Source: Eledone cirrhosa (Eukaryota). From it: 64,000 nt of DNA. Below are positions 13,019-25,517 of the stretch, piece after piece. Both the position numbers and the translations under genes were made by a program. Where the stretch lies: NCBI GenBank assembly GCA_964016885.1, contig OZ024741.1, forward strand, positions 372,868,001 to 372,932,000, in the 5' to 3' direction. Each line of letters opens with the position of its first letter. Positions within the stretch are counted from its first letter, which is position 1. The notes below the pieces were generated by a model. That model saw nothing but the letters and a program-made list of their open reading frames with translations. It was not told the origin of the DNA and did no database searches.

Positions 13019-13559
13019 ATATAAAACAATAAAAAGACAAACTACTAGTTATGGCAGGTATGTCAAACTGAGGGTCTCCCAAAGGCCACATGGGTGACAT
13101 ATGTGTTGTCTGAGGGCCACACATGACAACTAATTGCGCACATTACAACTATTTTTTAAATTTTATAATACCTAGTACATATAAATTTTATAATACCTAG
13201 TACATATAAAGTGAAACTTTCATAAAATATTTGATGACAGTTAAGTAACACTAACAAGCACTGGAGAAATTTAAGAACAAACATGGTCAAAGTGTTTTGT
13301 GGTTTGGTGCAATAAATATTTTGCACGGTATGTAACTGTAGGATGGTGTTTAACTTGCAGATTCTAGCTAAGGTAAAAAGAAAACAGAAAAATATTATAA
13401 TTTAGTATTTTAAATATTTTTTAAACTGAATTATTAATGCTGAATATTAAAAAAATAGAATTTTTTTTTAATGTGGTTCTTGTTATTGTTGGTGGCTTAT
13501 TTATAGGGGTATCAGATGAAGTTAACAAGTTTAAAGTTTGTCTTGCGCCTGGAGGCTTA

Positions 13560-13807
13560 TCTGGCTGGTGTTTAACTGTTTCTGTGACATGAAGTGACTA
13601 AGACTACAAGTCTTCCCTATGGACAGGATGCCAGTCCATTGCAGGGTTAATCCCTCAACTATTTCTGGTACTCATTTTCAGTTTAGTATACAACATGAAA
13701 TGAAATGTTTTGCTCAAGAACACAACACATAACCCAATCCAGGAATCAAACCCTAGACTTTATGATTATAAGCCCAACATCCTTACCACTAGGCCACATG
13801 CCTCCAC
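13560..13807 (-). mobile_element. CORE-type SINE (older subfamily, related to 63195-63472)
   Basis: tRNA-like head and CTTGAGCAAAACATTTCATTTCA core on minus. Confidence 0.7.
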
Positions 13808-13995
13808 AAGTGTGCTTGGTTATTCCAGCCACTGCAATGAAGCAAATGTGTTGATTTACCTAAAAAATTATTAGAGGGAGACTCCAGTGCCCCTTGTTGT
13901 ATGTATGGCATGTGGTTGAGTGAGCATGTATTCTCCCCACATTTAAAAAATATAAATTGTGTTTATATACAAATATATAAACTGTGTTTATATAT

Positions 13996-14180
13996 TTGTT
14001 TCTACTTTAGGCACAAGGCCAGCAATTACCCAGTTCATTACTGGTACTTTATTTTATCGACCCCGTAAGGATGAAAGGCAAAGTCAACCTCGGCGGGATT
14101 TGAACTCAGATCGTAAAGGAACGTAACTATGCTGGAAAGTATGGCGTCCGACCCTCTACCGATACTGCCAATCCACCGCC
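13996..14180 (-). mobile_element. tRNA-derived SINE family 1, full length, young
   Basis: Reverse complement of 16385-16575; flanked by direct repeats TATAAACTGTGTTTATATAT. Confidence 0.9.
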
Positions 14181-14460
14181 TATAAACTGTGTTTATATAT
14201 TGATATGTAAACTGTATTTATACACTAATTTATAAAGTGTGTTTATATATTAATACATAAACTGTATTTATCAATAAAAGTTTTCCATTATGATGGAAGA
14301 AAATTTAGATGTATGATTTCATATCAATGAAGATGAAAGAATAGAAAAATTAAAGTATGTAATACTTATTGTTTGACCTTGATGCTTGCTAAGACATGCA
14401 TGAACAAAAAATATATATGACTATATGCATATCATATATATATGTATGTATGTATGCATG

Positions 14461-14495
<35 letters not shown>

Positions 14496-15959
14496 GTGGT
14501 AACACAACAGTTAGTTCACCATTGAGAACAATTGTTTTACCTCAGCAGATCCTCAGCTTGTAATATACATATATATATATAAATAGATAGATAATTGTTT
14601 GAAGATAAATATAAGCTGCAAGTTCACAATAATATTTAAATGGTTTCAATGGCTGCTAATCAAGCTGAAGTATATTGTATGACAATGCATTAGTAAACAA
14701 ACTGTTGTTTGATGCTGCTGCTCAGAATTATAAAATCCATTAAGAGACTACTCAGTACTAATCTGTTAATCAATAATTGATTGATAACTAGTGAGGATTC
14801 ATAAAATGAAATGTAGCAACTGCTTGAATTGACAGAATGGGAATTCTTCCTTTGGATTTTTAATATATATTATATTCTAGTGAGAGAATTGCCAAAGGAA
14901 ATCTAGAGAAAAAATATGTTCAACAATTTAATAAGACTTAACTTTCTTCGACTATATCAAACAGTTTGGTTGGAATAGTAAACAACGCAGAACTATTGAA
15001 CATATCTTCTTTAATCAAGGTTAACCTCTTTGATGTCATATTTCTAATGAAATACACCACCTGTTCTTTTCAATTAATTTTGTAAATAATCAACAATTTA
15101 AAGGGATTTAGTAACATAACTAGCCATATTATTTAGCTGATATTTAGTACATATTTTAACAAAGATATTCTTCCATAACATTAATTTTTATTTAAATAGG
15201 AATATTTTAAAACAGATACAAAATGCACACAGTCAACCCTGTAAGGTGGTCATGTTTGTGACATGATAAAAAGCGCTTAGTCCACCCTCTAAGGTGGTCA
15301 TGCTGGTGACATGACAAAAACTACCCAATCCACCCTGTTAGGTGGTCGTTTTGGTGCCATAACAAAACAAAATGCACCCAATCCACACTGTAAAGTAGTT
15401 GGCATTAGGAAGGGCATCCAGCTGTAGAAACCAACCCCAAAATACAGATCGTATGAACAAGATGTGTGTTTCCTGACCTGACTTGTCTCATAACATGACA
15501 ACCTGTCTAACCCATGCAAGTCTGGAAAATGAATGTTAAACAATGATGATGATGATGAAGTAAGTGGATTGTTGGTATCAAAAGGGTCAAAATCATGTTA
15601 TGGTAATCTGTATATAATATTATATTGAAAACTATTATATTTTTCAGCTGGATGACCAAATACATCTGGATGACCAAATACATCTGGATGACCAAATACA
15701 GTACCAAGTTTGGTTTGTTTATCCTCTACACAACTTTTCTACTTTGTACAAAATATTTTCCTACATTTTGATCTTATAATATTTTTATTTACATTTATAT
15801 ACAATTATCATTAACTGCACATTTAATTATAAAGAATGTTTCATCTATATGTATATGATGTCATGTTTTACTATATACATATAAATGTTATTATTATCAT
15901 TGTTGATGTCGTTGTTGCTCTTGTTGTTGTTGTTGTTATTATTATTATCATTATTATTC

Positions 15960-16780
15960 AGGTGGTGGGTTGGCAGTATCGGTAGAAGGTCGGACGCCAT
16001 GCTTTGCAGCAAAGAGTTACGGCCCTTTATGGTCTGAATTCAAATCCCGCCGAGGTTAACTTTGCCTTTCATCCTTATGGGGTCGATAAAATAAAGTACC
16101 AGTAATGTACTGGATAATTGCTGGCCTTGTGTCAAAAGTAGAAATAATTATTATTCAGGTGGTGGATTGGCAGTATAGGTAGAGGGTTGGATAAAATGAT
16201 TAACGGTATTTAATTACGACTTTCTGCATTCTGAGTTCAAATATCACTGAGATTAGTTTTGCCTTTCATCGTTATAGTCGATAAAATAAAATACACTGGG
16301 GTCAATTTAATTGACTTACCCTCCCTCCAAATTTTTGGCCTTGTGCCTAACTCAGAAATTATTATCATTAATATTATTTATAGGGGCGGTGGATTGGCAG
16401 TATCGGTAGAGGGTCGGACGCCATGCTTTCCAGCATAGTTACGTCCCTTTACGATCTGAGTTCAAATCCCGCCGAGGTTGACTTTGCCTTTCATCCTTAC
16501 GGGGTCGATAAAATAAAGTACCAGTAATGCACTGGGTAATTGCTGGCCTTGTGCCTAAAGTAGAAACAATTATTATTTATAGGGGTGTCGGTAGCCTTGT
16601 GGTATCTAGTTATGACTTTCTATTTTCTGAGTTCAAATCCTGCAGAGGTCAACACTACTTTTTATCCTTCTAGGGGGTTGATAAAATAAAGTACCAGTTA
16701 AATACTGGGTTTGGTTTAATCAAGTTTACCATCCTTGAAATTGCTGGCCTTGTGCCAAAAGTAGAAACAATTATTGTTAT
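15960..16780 (+). mobile_element. Array of 4 SINE family 1 copies (youngest 16385-16575)
   Basis: GGCGGTGGATTGGCAGTATCGGTAG A-box head, GAGTTCAAATCCC B box, GCCTTTCATCCTTACGGGGTCGATAAAATAAAGTACCAG central domain, (ATT)n tails. Confidence 0.9.
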
Positions 16781-17152
16781 TTTTATCATTAACTAGATGA
16801 AATAGTTTATAAAGAATATTATCAATATTTACTGAGTAAATTAAATATTTAGTACAAATCATAGCATATCATCATACATTGCTGTCTATTTTACATATGG
16901 TATACTAAATTGAAATATGTTGTTAGTATATAGTATATTTCAGTTCAGATATAGATTTCTCAGTTTTGAAACAACTTGGATAAAAATAGTTTTACTAGTG
17001 TAGCAGTAGCAGACATAGTTATAAAGGTAGAATTAGTTAGAGAGTGATTGTTTCAAGTGTAAGGTATTCTAATAATTCTAAAGATTTATATTAATAGTAA
17101 TAATTTACAGAAAAATAAAAACAAGGATTGTTGTCAGATTGCTATTTATTAT

Positions 17153-17187
<35 letters not shown>

Positions 17188-18118
17188 ACTGGTCAATTCT
17201 CATAATTTTCTGAGGAATTCTCAAATAAAACGCTATTATAATACCTCAATTATTGCAGTTGATACATTTCAATGGCAAATCAGAATAACAACAATAACAA
17301 CAACAACAATAATAATAATAATAATAATAATGATGGTGATGATATAAAAAAAAAAAGATGCTATAAGATTTCTGTTCCATCGGAAATTGTAAAATAATGA
17401 TTTATATTAATACTTAATGAACGAATTTGTTTTTTTTCCTGTAAATAATACCATATTTGAAAGCCATGTTTAATGAAGTAATACCCAACATTTATGTGTG
17501 GTGCAATAGCTATGTAATAGCTGATAATAGTATTAACAAAAGGTGTTGTGCTGTATTTAACATCTGTTCAGTTAACAATAGAAGGTTTCAGAAAATTTTA
17601 TTTTTTGTCACAAATATTTCGATGGAATAAAGACAGAATTTCTGAATTTTTTCCAGATTTTCATTCCAAAAGAAATCATATAAATTATTACAATTCTTTC
17701 ATATGCGTCTATGTTTACATCTACTAAATAGACGTGGAGATAGAAGAGTTTATTCTGACTGCTTGATACCCTTGCTAGTAGCAATCCTACTATCACATGA
17801 CAGTATTACTATGTCATACCAAACACACATTGTTTATGATGAAATTTAAATTCACTATTAAAAAGCCACACATCTCTTTCTTTCACTTTCTCTCTCTTTC
17901 TATATTCACACATGTTTATATTGATACATACGTATGTATGTATGTATGTATGTATGTATGTATGTATGTATGTATGTATGTATGTGTGTGTGTGTGCACG
18001 TATGTATATATATATATGTGCGTATGTATGTATGTACATACAAACATACATACGAGTACATATGTATGTATGCATGTTTCTATGTATGTGTGTATGTGTG
18101 TATGTATGCATGTGGGCA

Positions 18119-18196
<78 letters not shown>

Positions 18197-18201
18197 ATAT
18201 A

Positions 18202-18655
18202 TGCAGAGGTTATATTTAATTTGTTGGGATTCAACAATCTTACAAATGTTTATAACTGATATAAAGCACTCAACAGGAGGTGGAGTAAATATACAATATA
18301 TTAACAAATGGAAACTATATTTATAAAACCATATTTATTTTATTATACATATTTCAAGGGCCACCAAGGCTAATTATGGTGCACTTTCATCAGATAAAAT
18401 ACAATACAGATTTGTTTTATAAATAAATATTGACATACCCTGAAAAAAGACAACCTTAACTTCAATTCCTGGAAGCTCCAACCGTTAAGGTTATCTTTTT
18501 TCAGGGTATGTCAATATTTATTTATAAAACAAATCTCTATTGTATTTTATCTGATGAAAGCGCACCATAGTTTGCCTTGGTCGCCCTTGAAATATGTAAA
18601 ATAAAATAAATATGGTTTTATAAATATAGTTTCCATTTGTTAATATATTGTATAT
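18202..18655 (-). mobile_element. Penelope-like element terminal remnant forming a 172-bp-arm fold-back, with a hammerhead motif in each arm
   Basis: Arms 18289-18460 and 18484-18655 with a 23-nt spacer; homologous to the pLTR and 3' end at 32603-32869. Confidence 0.8.
18336..18401 (-). ncRNA. Minimal type I hammerhead ribozyme
   Basis: TATTTTAT-CTGATGA-AAGtgCACCA..TGGTGgccCTT-GAA-ATATGTAT-A-ATAAAATA. The plus-strand twin at 18543-18608 has A at the conserved U16.1 position. Confidence 0.75.
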
Positions 18656-18867
18656 ATATATATATATATACTGTACTGATTGTGTTGTTATTTCTGTTTA
18701 CCTTTTACATACATATTCATTTCATTCATTTCATTTTACGTCCGCTTTTCCCTGCTTGCAAGGGTGGGACGGGAACTGATTCTGGCTTGATTTCTACAGC
18801 TGGATGCCCTTCCTATATATATATACTACACCGATTGTGTTGTTATTTCTGTTTACCTTTTACATAC

Positions 18868-19245
18868 ATATCATCATCATCATTTTACGTCCGCTTTTCC
18901 CTGGGTGCAAGGGTGGGACGAGTCCTATTCAGCACAGCATCACTCCACTTGTCATGGTCCTTTGTCATCTCCACCGTGAGCTTCAGCTTCCTTCCACTGG
19001 CATTTCTTGGCACTTCTTCAACCATCGGTCATCCTCCATGCACATCACATGTCCATACCATCGCAGTCCTCTCTCCTGCACACAACAATTTATCCCTCTC
19101 AGACACAGTATCTCTCTCAACACATCCATGCTCGGCCATTCACGCACATTAACATTGCACATCCAATGGAGCATGCTTGCCCCATTTCTCTCCAGCCGTT
19201 GCATATCCTCTGCAGTTGCTCCCCATGTCTCACTACCATATGATC
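18868..19245 (-). mobile_element. RTE LINE family B 3' fragment with internal deletion
   Basis: Minus ORF 18983-19279 (GSETW..RLERN..RWYGHVM) and (GAT)n tail. Confidence 0.85.
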
Positions 19246-19740
19246 CTGTGAGTACACAGGTGAAACTCCTGTGTAACAAGACTCACCATTAAGTCATAAT
19301 AAAATATCAACATTATCATCACAAAAAAAGCAGTGAATTGGCAGTATTGGTAGAGGGTCGGACGCCTTGCTTTTGACGCATAGAGTTATGGCCCTTGCCA
19401 TTCTCGTTTCAAATCCCGCCGAAGTTAACTTTGCCCTTCATCCTTATGGGGTCGATAAAATAAAGTACCAGTAATGTACTGGGTAATTGCTGGCCTTGTG
19501 CCAATAGTAGAAACAATTATCATCACCAATTAACATCCATTTGTCCATGCTAGCATGGATTAGACAAGTTGTCCCATTGTGAGACAAGCCAGATCAGATA
19601 ACCATGTCTTACTCATATAGAACTCCTTCAGGGTTAGTGGGTTAGTTTCTACATCTGGATGCCCTTCCTAAAACCAACCACATTTACAATGTGGACTGGG
19701 TACTTCTTCATTGTCACCAGCATGACTACCTTACATATGC

Positions 19741-19812
<72 letters not shown>

Positions 19813-19814
<2 letters not shown>

Positions 19815-20015
19815 GAAAACGTTTAACCCCGACAGCAGAGCTCAAGCCATTTCGGCGGCTATTTCTGGACTAAATTTAATCCAGAAATAGCCGTCGATAC
19901 GGCTTGAGCTCTGTCGTCGGGGTTAAACTTTTTCCTATTACCCACTCTACTACCCTAAGTATTGAGTACTCTGGTGCGTTATGGTCCATCTGGTTCCTTA
20001 CCACACTTCCTTCGT
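19813..20015 (+). mobile_element. Unclassified (TA)n-inserted repeat with terminal fold-back (19813-19935); relative at 33199-33329
   Basis: Imperfect ~60-bp-arm hairpin; the 3' ~80 bp match the reverse complement of 33199-33278. Confidence 0.6.
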
Positions 20016-20137
20016 TATATATATATCTAAATAGACATATACACACACACACACATATATATACACACACATATACATAGACACACACACATATATATAT
20101 ATATACATACATACATATGCATACACATATATATAAA

Positions 20138-20640
20138 TGGAGGCTGCCAACTCGTTTTCGAGTATGGCCACTACTTTATATCCATGTAGGAGAACCCCTA
20201 CCGATGCGCTGAACGAGTGCGACTTTTTAGTCCAGCCAGCGACTTGAAAACTCTGGTACAAACACTACACTTGTGACAATTATTGACACATAGTGCTGGG
20301 CCCATGGTATCATGTGACGACAAGTGCAGAGAGATCTCCAGATATAAAGCAATGCCTGTGCCGTGAAGCTTTTATAGTGAGCAAAGGCACTGCACAAAGC
20401 CAGTCTCACTCTCTTAACCAAGATGATATTTACCAAAAAGAAGAACAAGTCAACATCATTGGATACCATCAGGGTTGCAGGTGTTATATCAGAGGTTTCC
20501 TTCTCCTAGAATTCTGCCTTAAAGGCTAAGGGGTCATCTCTCCCGGTGATTTTGGATGGCCATTGACTTTTAAGAGTTCCTTTGCCTTTTCACAGCTTTT
20601 GTTTTTAGTTCTGCAGGATGTCCAAAGTCACCCTCCTCAC
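20138..20640 (-). mobile_element. 3' end of a third LINE (RTE/BovB-like) with a degenerate C-terminal zinc finger
   Basis: Minus frame HKCSVCTRVFKSLAGLKSRTRSAHR*, followed by a short 3' UTR with stem-loop CTCGAAAACGAG. Confidence 0.55.
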
Positions 20641-20742
20641 CATATATATATATATATATATATATACATACATACATATATATATATATACATACATATA
20701 TATATATATATACATACATACATACATATATATATATATATA

Positions 20743-23073
20743 TGGAATGAGACATACAGGAAGGTGTGGAGAAGAAAGGTCAGGAAGCTAAAAGACCTTT
20801 CACTAAAATACAAATTTAGGAAAGCCCTTCAAGATGTATATGACGAAAAAGAAGACGATTTAGAGACGTATGACATAGATAATAACTGGAATTTCTTACG
20901 TGACAACTTGCTGCAGACTACTGATGAAACTTGTGGCTGGAGCAGAGCTCCAACCAGACAGAGTGTGACCTGGTGGTGGAACAGCACAGTAGATAAGGCC
21001 ATTAGAGACAAAATACTAGCATGGAAGGCTTGGAAAAAGGGTGGGAGTAGGGAAGAATATACAGCCACTAAGAGAGAAGCTAGACGTCAGGTGTACTTAG
21101 CACGCAGGGAGGCAGAGAGTAGGAGGTTTGCCAATGTTCTGCGACGGGAAGATCAGAGGCGTGCGGTGTTCCACATTGCAAGGCAGTGTGTCAATGCAAA
21201 TCAGGATGTTGTTGGAGATAAATGTGTCCGGGATGATGCCGGTGTACTTAGTGTCACGAATGATCAGAAAAAGGAGGCCTGGAAATGTCATTATGAGATA
21301 CTGATGAATGTGGAGAACGAATGGGAGAGAGAGAAATTACCCTTAGTAGATCCGACAGAGGGACCAGCTATTGAGATTGACGAATATAGGGTCCAAGAGG
21401 CGATTAAGGAAATGAAAAATGGTAAGGCCGCTGGACCATCGGGAATAGTTGCTGAGATGCTGAAGGCATCAGGGGACGTAGGCACTAAACTGGTTGCACG
21501 CATCATCAATCAGGCTATATATGGTGGTGTCATACCCAAAGACTGGTGCAGCAGTATTCTCATAAATTGCTACAAAGGTAAAGGGGATGCTCTGGAGAGG
21601 AGCAATTATAGGGGTATAAAACTGATGGATCAGGTTATGAAAGTGGCAGAAAGGATATTAGCACAACTAATTAGAGAAAGGGTCAAACTAGATGAGATGC
21701 AGTTTGGTTTTGTGCCTGGGAAGAGTACAACAGATGCCCTCTTCTTGGTGAGACAATTGCAAGAGAGGTTCTTAGAGAAAAATAAGCCACTATACTTAGC
21801 CTTTGTTGACCTAGAGAAGGCCTTTGATAGGGTACCCCAATCTGTCATCTGGTGGTCCCTAAGGAAGCTATGTGTTGAGGAATGGCTTGTGAGGACAGTG
21901 CAAACTTTGTACAGAGGTACTCTCAGTAAAGTCAGGGTAGGAATGGAGTTTAGTGAGGAATTCCTGATACAAGTAGGAGTACATCAAGGTTCTGTCCTCA
22001 GCCTGCTCTTGTTCATTATAGTCCTCCAAGCCATAACAGAGGAGTTTAAGACTGGCTGTCCATGGGAACTTCTCTATGCTGACGATCTGGTTCTTATAGC
22101 AGAATCAGTAGAGGAGCTAGAAAATAAATTCTGGCTATGGAAACAGCAGTTAGAAGCAAGAGGACTGAGATTGAACCTAGCTAAGACAAAAGTGTTGATG
22201 AGTAGAAAAGAGGACAAAACTCTGATTCCATCAGGGAAATGGCCATGTTCGATATGCAGAAAAGGAACTGGCATAAATTCTATAAAATGCACACAATGCA
22301 GATCCTGGGTACACAAGAGATGTAGCGGGATAGCAGGCAAACTAACAGATAGGGAGAAATATGTATGCAGTAGATGTACAGGGAAATTAGACAGTAGAAG
22401 TCGCACTGATAGACACATTTTTCAAATGCAGGAGGGCGCTATAGAAGTGGTGGATAGCTTCAGGTACCTAGTAGATCAGATTAGCATGGGAGGAGGGTGT
22501 TCCGAGGCCATAGTATCTAGAATAAGGACGGGTTGGAAGAAGTTTAGGGAGTTGCTTCCTCTGCTGACGAAGAAGGGTTTCTCCCTGCGTACGAAAGGCC
22601 GGTTGTATGATGCCTGTGTGAGGAGCGCGATGCTGCATGGTAGTGAGACATGGGCAGCAACTGCAGAGAATATGCGACGGCTGGAGAGAAATGAGGCAAG
22701 CATGCTCCATTGGATGTGCAGTGTAAATGTGCATGAAAGACCCAGAATAAATGTGTTGAGAGAGAAACTGTGTCTGAGAGGGATAGAATGTAGTGTACAG
22801 GAGAGGAGACTGAGGTGGTATGGACATGTGATGCACATGGAGGATGACCGATGGGTGAAGAAGTGCCAGGAAATGCCAGTTGAAGGAAGACGTGGTAGAG
22901 GTAGACCACGAAAAACATGGGCGGAGGTGGTGAGAACAAACCTCAGATCATTGAAGCTCACGGTGGAGATGACGAAGGACCGCGACGAGTGGAGAGATGC
23001 TGTGCTGAATAAGACACGTCCCACCCTTGCAAGCAGGGAAAAGCAGACGTAAAATGATGATGATGATGATGAT
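20743..23073 (+). mobile_element. RTE-clade LINE family B, 5'-truncated, open ORF to stop 23052 (RT, PHD finger, C-terminus)
   Basis: About 770 uninterrupted codons with AFVDLEKAFDRV, GVHQGSVLS, LLYADD, RRLRWYGHV, GRGRPRKTW; (GAT)n tail; inserted in (TA)n. The N-terminus of the listed 829-aa ORF is flanking microsatellite read-through. Confidence 0.95.
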
Positions 23074-23742
23074 ATAAATATATAGATAGATACATATATT
23101 TATATAAATATTTTTAAAAAGTGGTGCGCTGTTGGTTATGATGACAAGGATTCCAGTTGTTTAGATCAATGGAACAGCCTGCTCGAGAAATTTACATGTA
23201 AGTGGCTGAGCATTCTACACAATTTTCAGGGAGATTCAGCATGATACACAATGTAACAAGGCTGGTCCTTTGAATTACATATACAACTCATTTTTACCAG
23301 CTGAGTGAACTGGAGTAAGGTGAAATAAATTGGATGCTGAAGGACACAAGGTGCCAGTGGGAATCGAACTCATGACCTCACATTCATGAGCCAAACATCC
23401 TAACCACCAACACTACATAAAGACACACACACACATATATATATTCATATATACATATACACACATATATATATACAGAGAGAGAGAAATGAATTCTACA
23501 GGACTAGATTTGTTTCATTCATATGAAATCATTAGGAATGTCCTAATGACTTTATACAAAAGAAAACAGTTCTAGTCCTGTAGAAGTCATTTCTATAAAT
23601 ATAATAAAGATGTCTATACTTTTGCTATGTATTGAGTACTTTACCTAACTGTGGTGTCTGCCCCCCCCCCCCCCCCCACTCGAGAACCTACACACACACA
23701 CACACATATATATATATACATATAAATGAAAGGTAGAGTTAA

Positions 23743-24215
23743 TGTAAATATATATATGTAAATATATATATATATATATGTAAATATATATATATATATA
23801 TGTAAATATATATATATATATGTAAATATATATATATATATGAATGTAAACATATATATATATATGAATGTAAATATATATATGTGTATGTAAATATATA
23901 TATATATATATGTAAATATATATATATATATGTAAATATATATATATATATGTAAATATATATATATATATGTAAATATATATATATATATGAATGTAAA
24001 TATATATATGTGTATGTAAATATATATATATATATATGTAAATATATATATATATATGTAAATATATATATATATATGTAAATATATATATATATATGTA
24101 AATATATATATATATATGAATGTAAATATATATATATATATGAATGTAAATATATATATATATATGAATGTAAATATATATATGTGTATGTAAATATATA
24201 TATATATATATAGAT
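23743..24215. repeat. Minisatellite TGTAAA(TA)n / TGAATGTAAA(TA)n
   Basis: Directly visible ~20-bp variable units. Confidence 0.9.
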
Positions 24216-24529
24216 ATATAAAACTCACTCACACACATACATAAACATACACATATGCATACACACAGAGGGAGAGTAAATGTCAAAGATTTTATGAGAA
24301 ATTCAGGTAATCATGTAAAAGAAGCATGCACTGGATTAAATCTGTAAGAACATGGTGAAGTGGTTCTCCAACACTGTCATGTTTAGAAACAGAATGAAAT
24401 GATGAAATGCCTACTATACATTTGAACCTATGACATTTAAGCTGACAGTCTCCTATGATTTGGCCAATTAACATGCCTGTACACACTCTCACAGACATAC
24501 AAATATATATATATACTCTCTCTCCATCC

Positions 24530-24589
<60 letters not shown>

Positions 24590-24613
24590 TTATATATATA
24601 TATATATATATAA

Positions 24614-24698
<85 letters not shown>

Positions 24699-25021
24699 TA
24701 TACATATTTATATATATATATATATATAAATAAATATATACATATTTATATATATATAAAGAAAAAGAGATGAAATCGAAAATGCAACTGGAGTCTTATT
24801 TTTTAAAAATATATATATATATTTATTTGGTTCCTTTACCGGTTTCGCAGTTCTTCTGCTTTTCAAAAGTAGAGTTGAGATGGAGGGTCTGTGGTTTTTC
24901 TCACATCAGATGTGAGAAATAAGACTCCAGTTGCATTTTCGATTTCATCTCTTTTTCTTTATACTTTCACTCGTGTAGGACACCTCGGTTATTTTTCAAT
25001 TTGTAAAAAAACCTCACTTTC

Positions 25022-25052
<31 letters not shown>

Positions 25053-25073
25053 CATACATATTTATATACATAC

Positions 25074-25149
<76 letters not shown>

Positions 25150-25409
25150 GCGCACACATGCATATATTTATAGTTTAAGAAATGACAAGACCGAATCTTA
25201 GTATCACACTTTATATATATATATATATACACATATACACCTACATGCATACATACCTGAATTGACACGTGTGTGTGCATGTGCATGCATATTGTAGCAA
25301 CATGAATTTTAATAGACATACATAATTACATATTATTTTTTGGTTAGCATCAATTTGAAACAATATTAAACAAATATTTATTAAAAAATATAATAAAATC
25401 ATGACTAAC

Positions 25410-25517
25410 CTTTCTTTTGGCAAGTTGACATTGGTTAAGTTGAGGTAATTATTCCGAACACTGCGTAAACTGGCCAGAATCTGGGCAAATGGTGTAACAA
25501 TCAAATCCTCTGAATGT
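25410..25517 (-). CDS. PDE4: cAMP-specific phosphodiesterase 4 (dunce/PDE4) exon, second half of UCR1
   Basis: Encodes [30 protein letters not shown], the PDE4 UCR1 signature. Acceptor TTCTTTGTCTTCTTCTTCCAG|A at 25518/25517 and donor AG|GTTAGT at 25410/25409; 108 nt, phase 2-2. Confidence 0.92.

Noticed and set aside
14535-14570. Minus-strand donor-like sites (CTGAG|GTAAAA here, TTCAG|GTAAAA near 11248) as further PDE4 exons
   Set aside because: No open frame with PDE4 similarity; non-coding or isoform-specific first exons cannot be excluded without RNA data.
17608-17796. 62-aa minus ORF in unique sequence
   Set aside because: No recognisable homology or splice support.
20563-20742. N-terminus of the 829-aa ORF, and similar starts at 33297 and 38529
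   Set aside because: Read-through of microsatellite or flanking DNA into 5'-truncated LINEs.
23485-23594. CTAATGA...GAAA motifs in a fold-back
   Set aside because: G5 is absent in both arms and there is no convincing stem I.
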